Shown: positions 1 to 9,716 of the stretch, one piece after another | Position numbering within the stretch: position 1 is the first letter of the stretch | Layout: the number at the start of each line of letters is the position of its first letter | IMG/VR virus record: IMGVR_UViG_3300036766_000359 | Location: 32,001-96,000 of that record | Reading direction: 5' to 3' (one strand) | DNA length: 64,000 bases | DNA from: a virus | Translations under genes and position numbers: made by a program | Notes under the pieces: model-generated | The model's input: only the letters and a program-made list of their open reading frames with translations | Databases searched by the model: none | Told to the model about the DNA's origin: nothing

Positions 1-473
1 ACGGAAGAATGACGTGGTTTTTCTTTTGACCTGTACGGATAATCAGTATACTGAGTCGTGTCGATATCCGACATGTAGCTCGTATCGATCGGAGCTTGAA
101 TGTTTTCATCAAAATTATATTCTTGATGATGCGTTAAATTATCAGCGTTCTCTATGTCGAAAATAGAACCCGAGTCTACTCCGAGTTCAGTCGGTTCATT
201 ATCATAATTGACGAGCGTCTGGTAACTAAATAGGTCTCCTTCTGGCGTATCACCGGTTGGAGTTGAAAAAACGTGATTTGACGCAATTTTTGCAGCAACA
301 GAAGCAGTAATACTGCTTTCAAGTTGGACAGGAATTAAAAATAACTGTTTAAGGTTATCAGGTATTGCAGCCGCGAAGCTGATGATATCAGGAAAAACTT
401 CCTGACACCTAAATGAATACATGGCTGCGCTCGAAAGAACGAATCCTTCCTGAACGTTTTTCGGATCAGACAT
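1..473 (-). CDS. Hypothetical protein, 3'-truncated by the window edge (MSDPKNVQEGFVLSSAAMYSF...)
   Basis: Manual translation from ATG at 473 stays open to base 1; start overlaps the stop of the upstream ORF; contains TASVAAKIASN motif; not in the ORF track. Confidence 0.7.
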   Translation of the reverse strand, partial: MSDPKNVQEGFVLSSAAMYSFRCQEVFPDIISFAAAIPDNLKQLFLIPVQLESSITASVAAKIASNHVFSTPTGDTPEGDLFSYQTLVNYDNEPTELGVDSGSIFDIENADNLTHHQEYNFDENIQAPIDTSYMSDIDTTQYTDYPYRSKEKPRHSS

Positions 474-1002
474 GTTGTGTAACTCTCGCCCGTACGTATT
501 CAATAAAACTGAAATTAGGATTTTTCGAAAGACGAGTCACATTTTTGTACGCTCTACGAACAGTAGGACGACATGAAAAACAAAATTTAGATCCGATGCG
601 ATCGTCATATGGTTCTCCACACACTAAGCAATTCATATGCGCCATTAATGATATAGTATTACTAGCAACATCAACTTGTTTATATCTAGATTGGTTTCGT
701 GATTTATGATAAAAAACTAGACAAGTTTCACAGTGTTTAGCGTTGTTACGGCTAAGACTTTTTTGACAAGTAACACAGTTTTTGTTTACATAAAGATTTC
801 GCGTTTTATATGAAAAACTTTCAGTTACATACGGACGAACAATATCCAGTATAGTGAGGGCGTTGTGCGCTGTAAAATTCAAAACAGGGTATTTCTTTTC
901 TTTAAGACTTACAAATCCACGTACAGAATAAACATCACATAGTTTGTCTTTTATGAATTCTACATCTTCATGTTTAAAACCGTTTGTATAAAACTTAATC
1001 AT
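466..1002 (-). pseudogene. C-terminal half of frameshifted LAGLIDADG homing endonuclease with Cys-rich zinc-finger-like tail
   Basis: IKFYTNGFKHEDVEFIKDKL continues the second LAGLIDADG domain begun in 1002..1505; two CxxC...CxxC clusters follow. Confidence 0.6.
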
Positions 1003-1505
1003 TAATTTATTTTATTTTCTTTATTTTTGACAAGACTTCCATCACCCATATACCACTGAGCAATGGATATTGGAGAAATATCAACGTCCTTCGGAATTAT
1101 CTTCACCCCATTCGGGTACCAACGATTTCTTTCGGAAAAAAGATTCCGGTACATTGGAGTACGAATACTCACGTGATGCCCACTATTTATTTGTCTATCG
1201 TTGATGAATCTAGCTCTAGGTTTTATAAAATCAATAGTTGATTTTATACCATTGGAATCAAAAATTGTCTTAATGTGATCAACCCAATCCACGTTGTCTA
1301 CATGGATTTCCATTCTAAGACAAGCGGATATCATGGAACGAGATGCTAAACTAGCATCACCAAGTAATAGACCATCAAATACGGACTGGATGGTTTCGTT
1401 CATGACGAACGTGTTACCAAGTCCGTGTTTATTATACTTTTGATTATCTACCAGTACGGCGTGGCATTCTGATGCGGACGTCTTCAAGCACTCGTTCGAG
1501 TTCAT
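1002..1505 (-). pseudogene. N-terminal half of LAGLIDADG (type 2) homing endonuclease; likely true start ATG at 1403
   Basis: GLLLGDASL and ISPISIAQWYMGDGS motifs; frame ends in an A-rich run in mid-domain. Confidence 0.7.
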
Positions 1506-1785
1506 CTACTTTTTCTGGTCGTATCAAAGCTCTAGTTTCTTCATAGTCAATCTTGTTGACAGCCATGGAAACCGCACCAAGAGCTTTCTCCAACTTCAAA
1601 AGGGTCTCTGGTACGGCGTGTATGATATCTCCAGCAACAGCGTAGAAATGGTCTTTTTGAGGAGAATTGTGGACTAAGTCCAAAACTCGAACAATATAAT
1701 TCTTAAGCTCATCGCAACGCAAACGGGCGTCACTGAGTTCCTCTTGAATGTAAACAGTGGCACCAGCAGTCTTAGGACTTCCCAT
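1444..1785 (-). CDS. Hypothetical helical protein
   Basis: 113 aa ORF co-oriented with the module, amphipathic-helix composition. Confidence 0.6.
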   Translation of the reverse strand: MGSPKTAGATVYIQEELSDARLRCDELKNYIVRVLDLVHNSPQKDHFYAVAGDIIHAVPETLLKLEKALGAVSMAVNKIDYEETRALIRPEKVDELERVLEDVRIRMPRRTGR

Positions 1786-1858
1786 ACTATTTCGGCACCA
1801 TCAAAGTTTGAGACTTATCGGTGCCGGATAGGTACTACTATTTATAATGCTAGTGAGT

Positions 1859-2911
1859 TTACTGACCGAATTGCTTCGGATAAGTTTTCTCAAGTAGTTT
1901 CCGCATTTGATCACCCTCGGCCGAATAGAGAGCCTCGAGGAATTCGGGGGTGACCCCGTGCTTCTTCGCGGCATCTAGACGTTCAACAAGACGTCCGGTA
2001 AAAGACCAGTCAGAGGGGAAAGACGGGTCAATGCGACGAGCAGCACGAATTCTTGGAGAAAGACTTGTGTTGATTGCTTGAGAAGAAGAGGCCTTCGACG
2101 GAGTGGCCTTTGATACCGCCGTCTTGTTACGGATATTACTAGTATCGCGGACATCAATACCATCAGTAGATGACTTTGAATGTCGAACACTTCCGACAAC
2201 AGAGTCGCCGTCATCATGGTCAATTTGGACGCTTCGATCTAAATTACCAACATTTGTCCTAACTTTTACGCCCTCACGTTCAACGGTGTTGTAGATTTCA
2301 GGACGACCGAGACCGCGATTTTCAATGTCGTTAATAATACCACTTGAGCGGTCATCGAGAATATTTTTTACCACTACCTTAGCAGGAGAACGAACTCTTC
2401 CAACCGTAACGGCGTCTTGGTTTTCGTGCGGGCCATTCTCAACACGCATTCCAGCAGTTGACGCTCTTCGGTTGTTTTCTGGTTTTAAAACCTGAGGAGT
2501 GGCTCTCGGGTTTTTAGAAGCATCCCGACGATCTGAAACGTTAAGAACAGTTTCTTCGTCCAGTGAGTCTGTGTCAATCGGGCCATTACTGCCTCGTTGA
2601 ACTCTAGACAGGTCACGATTGACGGTTTGAGCTTTAGCAATGCTACGATTAGGCTGTACTGCGGCGACACGCCCGCCAGTATCATCCGGTGCTTCAAAAG
2701 TTGCCCAACCATTCTTGATAGCCCCGCGAAGCTGAGGAGAATGAATTTCTGACCCGGCATACTTCAGTAACTGACCATCATATTCAAACTCATCCCCTTC
2801 TTGAATATCAATAGGGATCGATTTCGGGTCAGCCGCACCAACCCTGATTTTCATTAGAGCGTAAAACTTGTGAAAAACGCCACGTTGCCACTTAATATTT
2901 GAAATATCCAT
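1859..2911 (-). CDS. Hypothetical protein, possibly virion-associated
   Basis: 350 aa ORF; no recognised family motif. Confidence 0.65.
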   Translation of the reverse strand: MDISNIKWQRGVFHKFYALMKIRVGAADPKSIPIDIQEGDEFEYDGQLLKYAGSEIHSPQLRGAIKNGWATFEAPDDTGGRVAAVQPNRSIAKAQTVNRDLSRVQRGSNGPIDTDSLDEETVLNVSDRRDASKNPRATPQVLKPENNRRASTAGMRVENGPHENQDAVTVGRVRSPAKVVVKNILDDRSSGIINDIENRGLGRPEIYNTVEREGVKVRTNVGNLDRSVQIDHDDGDSVVGSVRHSKSSTDGIDVRDTSNIRNKTAVSKATPSKASSSQAINTSLSPRIRAARRIDPSFPSDWSFTGRLVERLDAAKKHGVTPEFLEALYSAEGDQMRKLLEKTYPKQFGQ

Positions 2912-3009
2912 GGTTGGACTCCTTGCCCAACCCTACCTTTGAGACGAAATTTTTGTTATTAAAAGATCAACACGGAATACACATTGAGTTTTTGGTATAG
3001 TATAGAGAT

Positions 3010-3507
3010 ATGGCGTTTATCGGAATTAAAGTACCGCAAGAAGTGGCAGAAAAACTATCAACGATAGAAGTTCCTGGAGAACGTTCTGATCCCGACGAGA
3101 TGCATATTACTCTCCTATATTTAGGAGAAACATCGCTAGCAAATATCATCAAAGCAGTTGCAGTAGTTGCTGCTATGGCTCAGAAAACAAAGCCATTCCT
3201 CATCGGGTGTGCTTTCAAAACGTGCTTCCCCGAGAATCCAGATGACGGAGTCCCCATTATTGCCCGTGTTCAGTCACCGACGATAATGGGGCTCCAAGAA
3301 GAACTAAAGAAACTCATGAAAGAATCAGGCGTTGAATATAAGGACAAATACCCTGATTTTAAACCGCACGTGACGTTATCCTATTCAAATGAACCTTGCG
3401 ACGGTTTAGGGTTCGAACCGGTTGTGTGGACTGTCGAATCCATAAATGTCTGGGGAGGAAAAGAAATGGATGACATGATGGTGACATCAATAGAACTTAA
3501 CGGATGA
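3010..3507 (+). CDS. 2H phosphoesterase (2'-5' RNA ligase / ThpR-like)
   Basis: N-terminal AFIGIKVP and two HxT motifs (MHITLLYLG, PHVTLSY) about 85 aa apart. Confidence 0.88.
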   Translation: MAFIGIKVPQEVAEKLSTIEVPGERSDPDEMHITLLYLGETSLANIIKAVAVVAAMAQKTKPFLIGCAFKTCFPENPDDGVPIIARVQSPTIMGLQEELKKLMKESGVEYKDKYPDFKPHVTLSYSNEPCDGLGFEPVVWTVESINVWGGKEMDDMMVTSIELNG

Positions 3508-3662
3508 TCATTGTGGAAAGTACGATTAGAAATAGTGAAAGTTTTTTCATAAGTGTAGTTACTCTCGGTTCAAGAAGATTTACGAATAGGTCGGAATGCC
3601 CGTTAACTGCATTTAGTTTCGTAACCCTTTGATGTATAACTGATGATGGAGTTAAAGATAAA

Positions 3663-4709
3663 ATGACCACGATGAGCACAATAGCATCAAGAGTTGCAGG
3701 TCGCATCATTGCAATGGAACAAAAAACTGCCCTTGACCTGGCAAATCTTATTCAAAGTGTCATAAGTAGTAGTAGTGGTATAAACTGGGGATGGGATATA
3801 CGTACTACAGAAGAACTTCCAAGTTTCGGGTTCCATGAAAAGAAATTTTCATTTCCAGGAAGACCTGGAATTTTCGATGCCGAAGGTCTTCTCGGAGGCA
3901 TTCATGTAGAAGGTAAACTTTCAGGTGATCCAGCACCAAATACTTCCGTAACTGCCAACTTAACGGGAGCATACTACAACAAAAATAAACATGGAGGAGG
4001 AGATTTATCTAGACATCAAAATATGGGGACGTTTGAAATAGAATTCGATCAAAACGGAATGCCTTCGTTTACTAAAGGGCAGGACACAACAAAAATAAAC
4101 AGCACTTTACAGTCAATAATAAATGGTGTAGTATCTAGTCCACCAGACAATGCTAAGTCTACTTCAAAAATAGTCCTCAAACGATTAGATAAACAAAAAC
4201 AATTAAATGAGATGAACACGAGAGAAGAGGAGAAGAGAAGAGGGATCCAGGATGAAAATATCGATACACACGGAACTATCGAACATTTCGTTGAACATAT
4301 AAAGTCAGAAAATGATGGCGTTTTTGGTCCTCGTGACCTGAATAGACTTAGTGAAATTTTGAATTTGACACAAAAGATAAAGCCAAACAAGAAAACGCTA
4401 CAAGAAGAACTACGCAAAGTAGATCTGGTTTATAATCCAGATAAAATGACGGTCTCTTCTAAACCTTCTGATATTGCAAACGATATTCGTCTTGTTGCTC
4501 TTAGAATCGATTCGTCAACACGACCATCAAGGTCCAAGATAGCTGCCGAAATTCGAGGCATAATAGCCTCCATAAAAGGCCCCCAAACTAGTCCGGAAGA
4601 TGAATTCTCCGATGACGAGGAATACATCCGTGAGCAACAAGAAAACGAGATGATGGGAGACTACGATGATCGCAATCAAAGCGATGATCCTCCCGTACGT
4701 CCATACTGA
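3663..4709 (+). CDS. Hypothetical protein with STIASRVA N-terminus and KPS..IDSS module near the C-terminus
   Basis: 348 aa ORF; module aligns by eye with both ends of 14496..15251. Confidence 0.7.
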   Translation: MTTMSTIASRVAGRIIAMEQKTALDLANLIQSVISSSSGINWGWDIRTTEELPSFGFHEKKFSFPGRPGIFDAEGLLGGIHVEGKLSGDPAPNTSVTANLTGAYYNKNKHGGGDLSRHQNMGTFEIEFDQNGMPSFTKGQDTTKINSTLQSIINGVVSSPPDNAKSTSKIVLKRLDKQKQLNEMNTREEEKRRGIQDENIDTHGTIEHFVEHIKSENDGVFGPRDLNRLSEILNLTQKIKPNKKTLQEELRKVDLVYNPDKMTVSSKPSDIANDIRLVALRIDSSTRPSRSKIAAEIRGIIASIKGPQTSPEDEFSDDEEYIREQQENEMMGDYDDRNQSDDPPVRPY

Positions 4710-4712
4710 AGT

Positions 4713-4997
4713 CTAATCCGTCATTATTGAATCAATCACTACGTAATTTTTGATATCATTTAGAATAAGCAGAAATGCTTCGGAATGAAGCAAATTTATA
4801 AGCTGGAGCGTGGTTGGCACGGGGTGTGAATCATCATTCATGTCTATGACACCATTGCGTACAAATCCAATCCTGTGGTAACTCAGCTTATGTTTGCCAT
4901 GTCGGAAACCAACTAAAATACTGTATAAACCATAGTTGAGTTTCCTTACACCGACCACAAGGCCACTGTCGGTGTTGCATTTATACGAAAATTCCAT
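4713..4997 (-). CDS. Hypothetical protein
   Basis: 94 aa ORF preceded by GAGAG and a CGTAAATA motif; fills an otherwise empty gap. Confidence 0.45.
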   Translation of the reverse strand: MEFSYKCNTDSGLVVGVRKLNYGLYSILVGFRHGKHKLSYHRIGFVRNGVIDMNDDSHPVPTTLQLINLLHSEAFLLILNDIKNYVVIDSIMTD

Positions 4998-5142
4998 ACT
5001 CTCTCATGAATACAACACAAAGACAAATATTTACGAGATAATGTAATACGGTGTAAGATAACCAGTGCTAGTAAGATGCACGCATTTCAAGTGTATTCTC
5101 ATTCTACCCATAGTCATTAGTCAGTAGTCAATAGGAGAGTCC

Positions 5143-5541
5143 ATGCCGCCCAGGCACCAACCAATCAATAGTAAACCGGCGCGAGAAACTTCAACAGATA
5201 AGGAATGGTTAGACGTCCCATATCTTAGGTTCAGAAGTCCTCAACCGATTCGCTCTCGTCGAGAATTCTTGAAACACCTCGTCATGGAGACTAAGACTCG
5301 TTCAAGTGCGGGCGGTTCTATCGCCAACTTTGTTGCTATAAATGCTAAAGGATTGTGGGATGGTGATCCCGAGAAGCTTGTCGTAGCAGCTGAATCCGTA
5401 GCGTTAGATTTTTTCGCCAGTCATCCAAACTGTCCAGATTCAGGGGCAATGGAATGGAAAAAAGCTCTTGTTGGCAGGCTTTCAAAAGTGTGGTTCCGTG
5501 ATGGATTGAGCGCACACGGTAAACCAAATCTTAGAAATTAG
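5143..5541 (+). CDS. Hypothetical protein
   Basis: 132 aa ORF with AGGAGAG ribosome-binding site. Confidence 0.55.
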   Translation: MPPRHQPINSKPARETSTDKEWLDVPYLRFRSPQPIRSRREFLKHLVMETKTRSSAGGSIANFVAINAKGLWDGDPEKLVVAAESVALDFFASHPNCPDSGAMEWKKALVGRLSKVWFRDGLSAHGKPNLRN

Positions 5542-5543
5542 TG

Positions 5544-6251
5544 CTATCTATTTTTACCAACCCCGATACGGGGACATGATTTTCCAATAGGGCATCCCGA
5601 ACACTTCGGTGAGATAGGAGTACAATGAACTCTGCCGAAAGCAATGAGGATACCGTTAATAGGTATCCACCATTTCTTCGGAAGAACGGTCATTAGGGCA
5701 CGCTCAGTCTCTTCAGGCTTCCCAGTACGAACAAATCCGAGTCTGTTACTGAGTCGATGGACATGCGTGTCGCAGCATATTGCCTGTTTCCCGAATCCAA
5801 GTGTCAAAATGAGATTCGCACTTTTGCGTCCGATACCTTTGAAGGAAAGTAATTCTTCGATGGTGTGTGGAACAGTCCCATCATGCTTTTCCATAATATC
5901 TCGGGCTATGCCGCGAAGATGACGAGCTTTAGTATTGCGAAAACTGGTCTGTCGAATGAGATGAACTATGCGTTCTTGAGATAAACTGGCAAGAGTCTCC
6001 GGGTCAGGGGCCTCGGAGAGAAGGGCGGGAGTTACAATTTGAGTAGTCTCATCTCGAGCCCTTAAAGACAGGATAGTAGATACGAGAACAGCGTATGGAT
6101 CGTGTCTCCGGGAAGCTATAGTGACGGCAAGATCGTCAGGACTAGAACCAACAAAGTTCGAAATCTTCTCAAGAACCCGTGAAATTTGGTGGCGGTTTTG
6201 CATAAAGTATCCGTTCTCAAACACGCTAAATTGAAAGAGTGACCCAAGCAT
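5544..6251 (-). CDS. nth: Endonuclease III (HhH-GPD DNA glycosylase/AP lyase, 4Fe-4S)
   Basis: DPYAVLVSTILS, HhH LLSFKGIGRKSA, CDTHVHRLSNRLG, CxxxxPxCxxCPxxxxC cluster; start may be ATG 6203. Confidence 0.93.
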   Translation of the reverse strand: MLGSLFQFSVFENGYFMQNRHQISRVLEKISNFVGSSPDDLAVTIASRRHDPYAVLVSTILSLRARDETTQIVTPALLSEAPDPETLASLSQERIVHLIRQTSFRNTKARHLRGIARDIMEKHDGTVPHTIEELLSFKGIGRKSANLILTLGFGKQAICCDTHVHRLSNRLGFVRTGKPEETERALMTVLPKKWWIPINGILIAFGRVHCTPISPKCSGCPIGKSCPRIGVGKNR

Positions 6252-6253
6252 GA

Positions 6254-7840
6254 CTAATGTTGAAATACGACAACCGACTGACCGGAGGTCTTCCCATATC
6301 GATATTCGGCCACTTTCTCAAATCCAGCAGTCATGAAGGCAGTCATGATGGTGGTTAATACCGGCATATTTCGACGATCCTGACCATGTAACGCCACGTG
6401 ACCACCGGATTTGACGACACGCAACGCACCGCGCACCAATGGCTGGACGATCTGTTCTGACCAGGAACGAACATCGGGGTGCCCTTTCACTCCGTAGTCT
6501 TCAGTCGCCATGAAGGGTGGACTCGTCATCAACAAATCGAAACGACGTTCGGTATTTTGTAAATATGTCGCGAAATCTTGATTCAGAAACTCCGAATCTA
6601 CCATACGGATTTTTGCGTAGTCATCCACCAAACGACGACATCCATCAATCGAATCCGGTTGAAGGTCGGTACCGCAAATTGACATTGCCCCGCCACACAG
6701 AGCTCCGAGCGTTCGACCACCCCACCCGAGAAATGGATCAATCACATCCCCACCAGAAGCATACTTCTTCACAAGAGCTGTGGCAGCGGATGGGAAGAAA
6801 TGAGACGGAGCCTTATTTAAAAAAGCCGCATTTCTGTAAAAGAGGCTCTTTGATATAAGTCTACCTGAACTGATAATATAAGCAGCAATCTTCAAGAGAA
6901 ATTTATCATCGGAATAAGCGTCAGAAAGTGAACGCTTCCCGGAAGCGTTAGAACTAAACCGATTAGTGAAAATGTTATCCAAAAGGCCAAGACCAATCGG
7001 TAACTGAGGGAGGGAATTATTGGAAGGTATGCACATTCCCAATTCACGTAAAACAGAGTCTAATTGTTCAGGCTCCGATCCAAGAGGCCATGAACGAATC
7101 TTCGTAGTTAACTCAGTCCATGTAGAACAACCATCAAACAAATGATGACGATCCCCATCTCCGAAATTTTGAGACAAAGATAAGGGCCTAAGGTTGTCTA
7201 AAGCCCAACACAGTCTGAATTCTTCGTCCTGAATAGAAGTAAACTGGAACATTGATTGAGGGATAATATGATCTACACTAAAACTTTTTGAGATTTCCCA
7301 ACTCATGCCTGGAGTGAACTGAGATTCAAGATGAAATTTGAGTTCTTCAAGAGAGTAATCGAGAGCTTTAAGAATAGAGGAGTTTTTACTACCTCCATTC
7401 AGTTTCAGCGCTTCCCAAACGCGTGATCTAATATTGCCACGCAATCGAAATGATGGATCTGCATAATATTTTCTTTTAAATTCAGCGCGCTTACTATCTC
7501 GTTCTATGACATAACGGTCTCGCCAAAGTTTATTTCTACGGGCTTTATTTTCCGGACGTTTCTTATACGCAATGGATTTGGCTATAATTTGAACTGAATT
7601 AGCAAGATATTTTTCACGACTTCTTTGTTTAACCAGAACTTTTCGATCGGGTTTAGAAGAATAAGCCTTGTTTTGTGCCTTGATAACTGCTTGAGTAGAT
7701 AAGTCGTGATATTGACGTTTCCTATTCTCTCGAGCGTCTTTACGTTCACATTCAATGCATTTAGGAGGGTAGTATTTACCCTTCATGAGTCGGAATTTTG
7801 AAAGGTCCGACTGTCCACATCCAGGACACGGTTTCTTCAT
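6254..7840 (-). CDS. HNH endonuclease fused to an amino (N6-adenine/N4-cytosine) DNA methyltransferase
   Basis: N-terminal CxxC zinc finger; HLESQFTPGMSWE..VDHIIP..WALDNLRPL HNH signature; then IDPFLGWGG (motif I) and TSPPF (motif IV); start set at MKKPC because the longer start lies inside a hairpin. Confidence 0.8.
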   Translation of the reverse strand: MKKPCPGCGQSDLSKFRLMKGKYYPPKCIECERKDARENRKRQYHDLSTQAVIKAQNKAYSSKPDRKVLVKQRSREKYLANSVQIIAKSIAYKKRPENKARRNKLWRDRYVIERDSKRAEFKRKYYADPSFRLRGNIRSRVWEALKLNGGSKNSSILKALDYSLEELKFHLESQFTPGMSWEISKSFSVDHIIPQSMFQFTSIQDEEFRLCWALDNLRPLSLSQNFGDGDRHHLFDGCSTWTELTTKIRSWPLGSEPEQLDSVLRELGMCIPSNNSLPQLPIGLGLLDNIFTNRFSSNASGKRSLSDAYSDDKFLLKIAAYIISSGRLISKSLFYRNAAFLNKAPSHFFPSAATALVKKYASGGDVIDPFLGWGGRTLGALCGGAMSICGTDLQPDSIDGCRRLVDDYAKIRMVDSEFLNQDFATYLQNTERRFDLLMTSPPFMATEDYGVKGHPDVRSWSEQIVQPLVRGALRVVKSGGHVALHGQDRRNMPVLTTIMTAFMTAGFEKVAEYRYGKTSGQSVVVFQH

Positions 7841-7869
7841 GTCTGAAAATACATTCAAACAGTGAATAC

Positions 7870-7910
7870 TTTTCGACCCCGGCCACCACAAGGGCAACCA
7901 GGGTCGAAAA
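7870..7910 (-). terminator. Strong stem-loop just downstream of the capsid gene (3' end processing or termination)
   Basis: 13-bp stem UUUUCGACCCUGG/CCGGGGUCGAAAA with one G-U pair on the minus transcript; no trailing U-tract. Confidence 0.45.
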
Positions 7911-7931
7911 GGAACGAAACGTTAGTTAAGT

Positions 7932-8819
7932 TCAACGCGACACGATGAGACGAACCAGGCCGCGTGGGTTGTACGCGCCGATACCGAGATTTTCGAACAT
8001 CGAGAATCCAATCGTACGTTCCTCGGGGTTGTCAGCCGACAATACAGTCAATTCCGTACGGACCGGAATACGACCGAAGTGCTCGGGCTCGCAGCAGCAG
8101 TAGACAACGCCCTTCGGGACGAGACGGCTAACGATGAACTGAGCATTCCAGCCCGTGCTCATCATGCCGGTCTTCCACAGCGTCGCCTGCGACTCGATGT
8201 CCAGCACGTCACGACCGAACTTGCGGATGTCCGCGTAGTCCGTCGCATTCATGTAGACGCGAGCAACTCGGAGGTCGTGCGCTTCAATCTCAGCAAACGC
8301 GTCCGCGAGGACGGCAGGCGAGATGGGAGCTACCACCGGGATGTCAGGGTTCGTTCCGCCCGGAAGCGAATCGAATCCGTTCACCGCGATTGCGTCCATG
8401 ATTGAGAAAACGCGATCGTCTTCTGCAGCCTGAACCTGCGCCTTACCAAGGTCCTGCATACGCTTCAGGAGGTCGTAACGACGCTCCTTAATCTGCGTCA
8501 GCGGGGCCTTTGGCAGAGCCGCGATCTCGAAGAGCGGGAAAATCACGCGACGCGGCTTTGAAACCGCCGTGATCGACTCGCCTTCTTCACCGATGACGTA
8601 CGCAACGACATCGGGGTCCTTATCATAAATCGGAATCGCGCCATCAGGCAGCTGCTCGACCAAGAAGGTCTTACGACCAACGGACGAGTAGTCCCTGCGT
8701 TCGCGAAGCGACTGGATCATCGATGAAGCAAGACGACGACGGCCTGCGCCGGAACCGAGATACTTATCAACGATCTGTTCCTTGATCGAATTATCAACAA
8801 CTTTAACTCCAAAGCTCAT
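7932..8819 (-). CDS. Major capsid protein (HK97 fold)
   Basis: Position after protease-scaffold-decoration genes; strong codon bias; pattern ..ARVYMNATDYADIRKF..IVSRLVPKGVVY..IGFSMFENLGIGAYNPRGL typical of jumbo-phage capsid proteins. Confidence 0.85.
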   Translation of the reverse strand: MSFGVKVVDNSIKEQIVDKYLGSGAGRRRLASSMIQSLRERRDYSSVGRKTFLVEQLPDGAIPIYDKDPDVVAYVIGEEGESITAVSKPRRVIFPLFEIAALPKAPLTQIKERRYDLLKRMQDLGKAQVQAAEDDRVFSIMDAIAVNGFDSLPGGTNPDIPVVAPISPAVLADAFAEIEAHDLRVARVYMNATDYADIRKFGRDVLDIESQATLWKTGMMSTGWNAQFIVSRLVPKGVVYCCCEPEHFGRIPVRTELTVLSADNPEERTIGFSMFENLGIGAYNPRGLVRLIVSR

Positions 8820-8842
8820 GACTTTATCCTTTCTGTTCCTGC

Positions 8843-9508
8843 TCAGAAACTGAGAGCAAGGAACATCTCCGCGCTTGTCGCGTCTGGGGTTGAAAGGATA
8901 GTGCCCATGCGGGTCACGTCCGGCTCGATAGCAACGCCAGCAGCGCCACTACCCAAAGCAAACAGATTGATCCACTGTGCTTCGTACGAATCCTGCCAGC
9001 GATTGGTCAGAAGACCATTTGCCGACGCGTACAACAGATCACCGTTCTCGTAAACGAGAGCTGTTCCGACTACGCCGCCACCAACGGTGGTCTGGACCTG
9101 TGTTTCGTAAAGCTTGACGCCCACCGAACCACCGCGTAGGAACGGACCCTTGCCTGAAGCCACGCCAGGCGTGTTTTCAAACGCGTTGCCCAGGGCGTCA
9201 TTGATGAAGAGTCCGAGGGGACGGGTCTTCTTCACGAACGCCGAGCTAACAAGCGCTGCGCCGCCAGCCGTGTTCGGCCCGACGTCCGGGCGAGTGAAAG
9301 CAACCGAACCACCGAGAACGCCCTTCTTGACGTTCACAGGGATTGTGGTGCTCTTTGCCGAGGGCGTCGTAACGACACTCGGGTTGCTCTGCGTAAATCC
9401 ATCGGAGGCCAAGCTCGGAATCGAGTCCTTAACCAGCGAGTATAGGATACGCAGGGCAGAAGTACTCAAGCGAAAATCGCCCGAGGCCTGACCATTGATA
9501 TTTCCCAT
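8843..9508 (-). CDS. Probable capsid decoration/cement protein
   Basis: Gly/Thr-rich beta-type ORF immediately upstream of the capsid gene with the same codon bias; GDLLYASANGLLT motif. Confidence 0.6.
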   Translation of the reverse strand: MGNINGQASGDFRLSTSALRILYSLVKDSIPSLASDGFTQSNPSVVTTPSAKSTTIPVNVKKGVLGGSVAFTRPDVGPNTAGGAALVSSAFVKKTRPLGLFINDALGNAFENTPGVASGKGPFLRGGSVGVKLYETQVQTTVGGGVVGTALVYENGDLLYASANGLLTNRWQDSYEAQWINLFALGSGAAGVAIEPDVTRMGTILSTPDATSAEMFLALSF

Positions 9509-9716
9509 TTACTGTTCCTTCCGCCGTAAATCTAACGTCTAACGTATCATCCAGTCCGTTTTCAGTTGCAGCTTCAGTTCAGTTGCCTGCGAAGCTATCC
9601 AACTTCATCTTTCTTTCAGAGCGCCTTGTTTTAGTATTTACGAGATAGTGCCTGTATGCGTATATTTATATATATTGATTATTAGGTAAAACCCTTACGG
9701 TATCAAACCTAATGAA

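Noticed and set aside
3508-3662. GGTTCAAG in an intergenic gap as a tRNA T-loop
   Set aside because: No acceptor, D or anticodon stems could be formed around it
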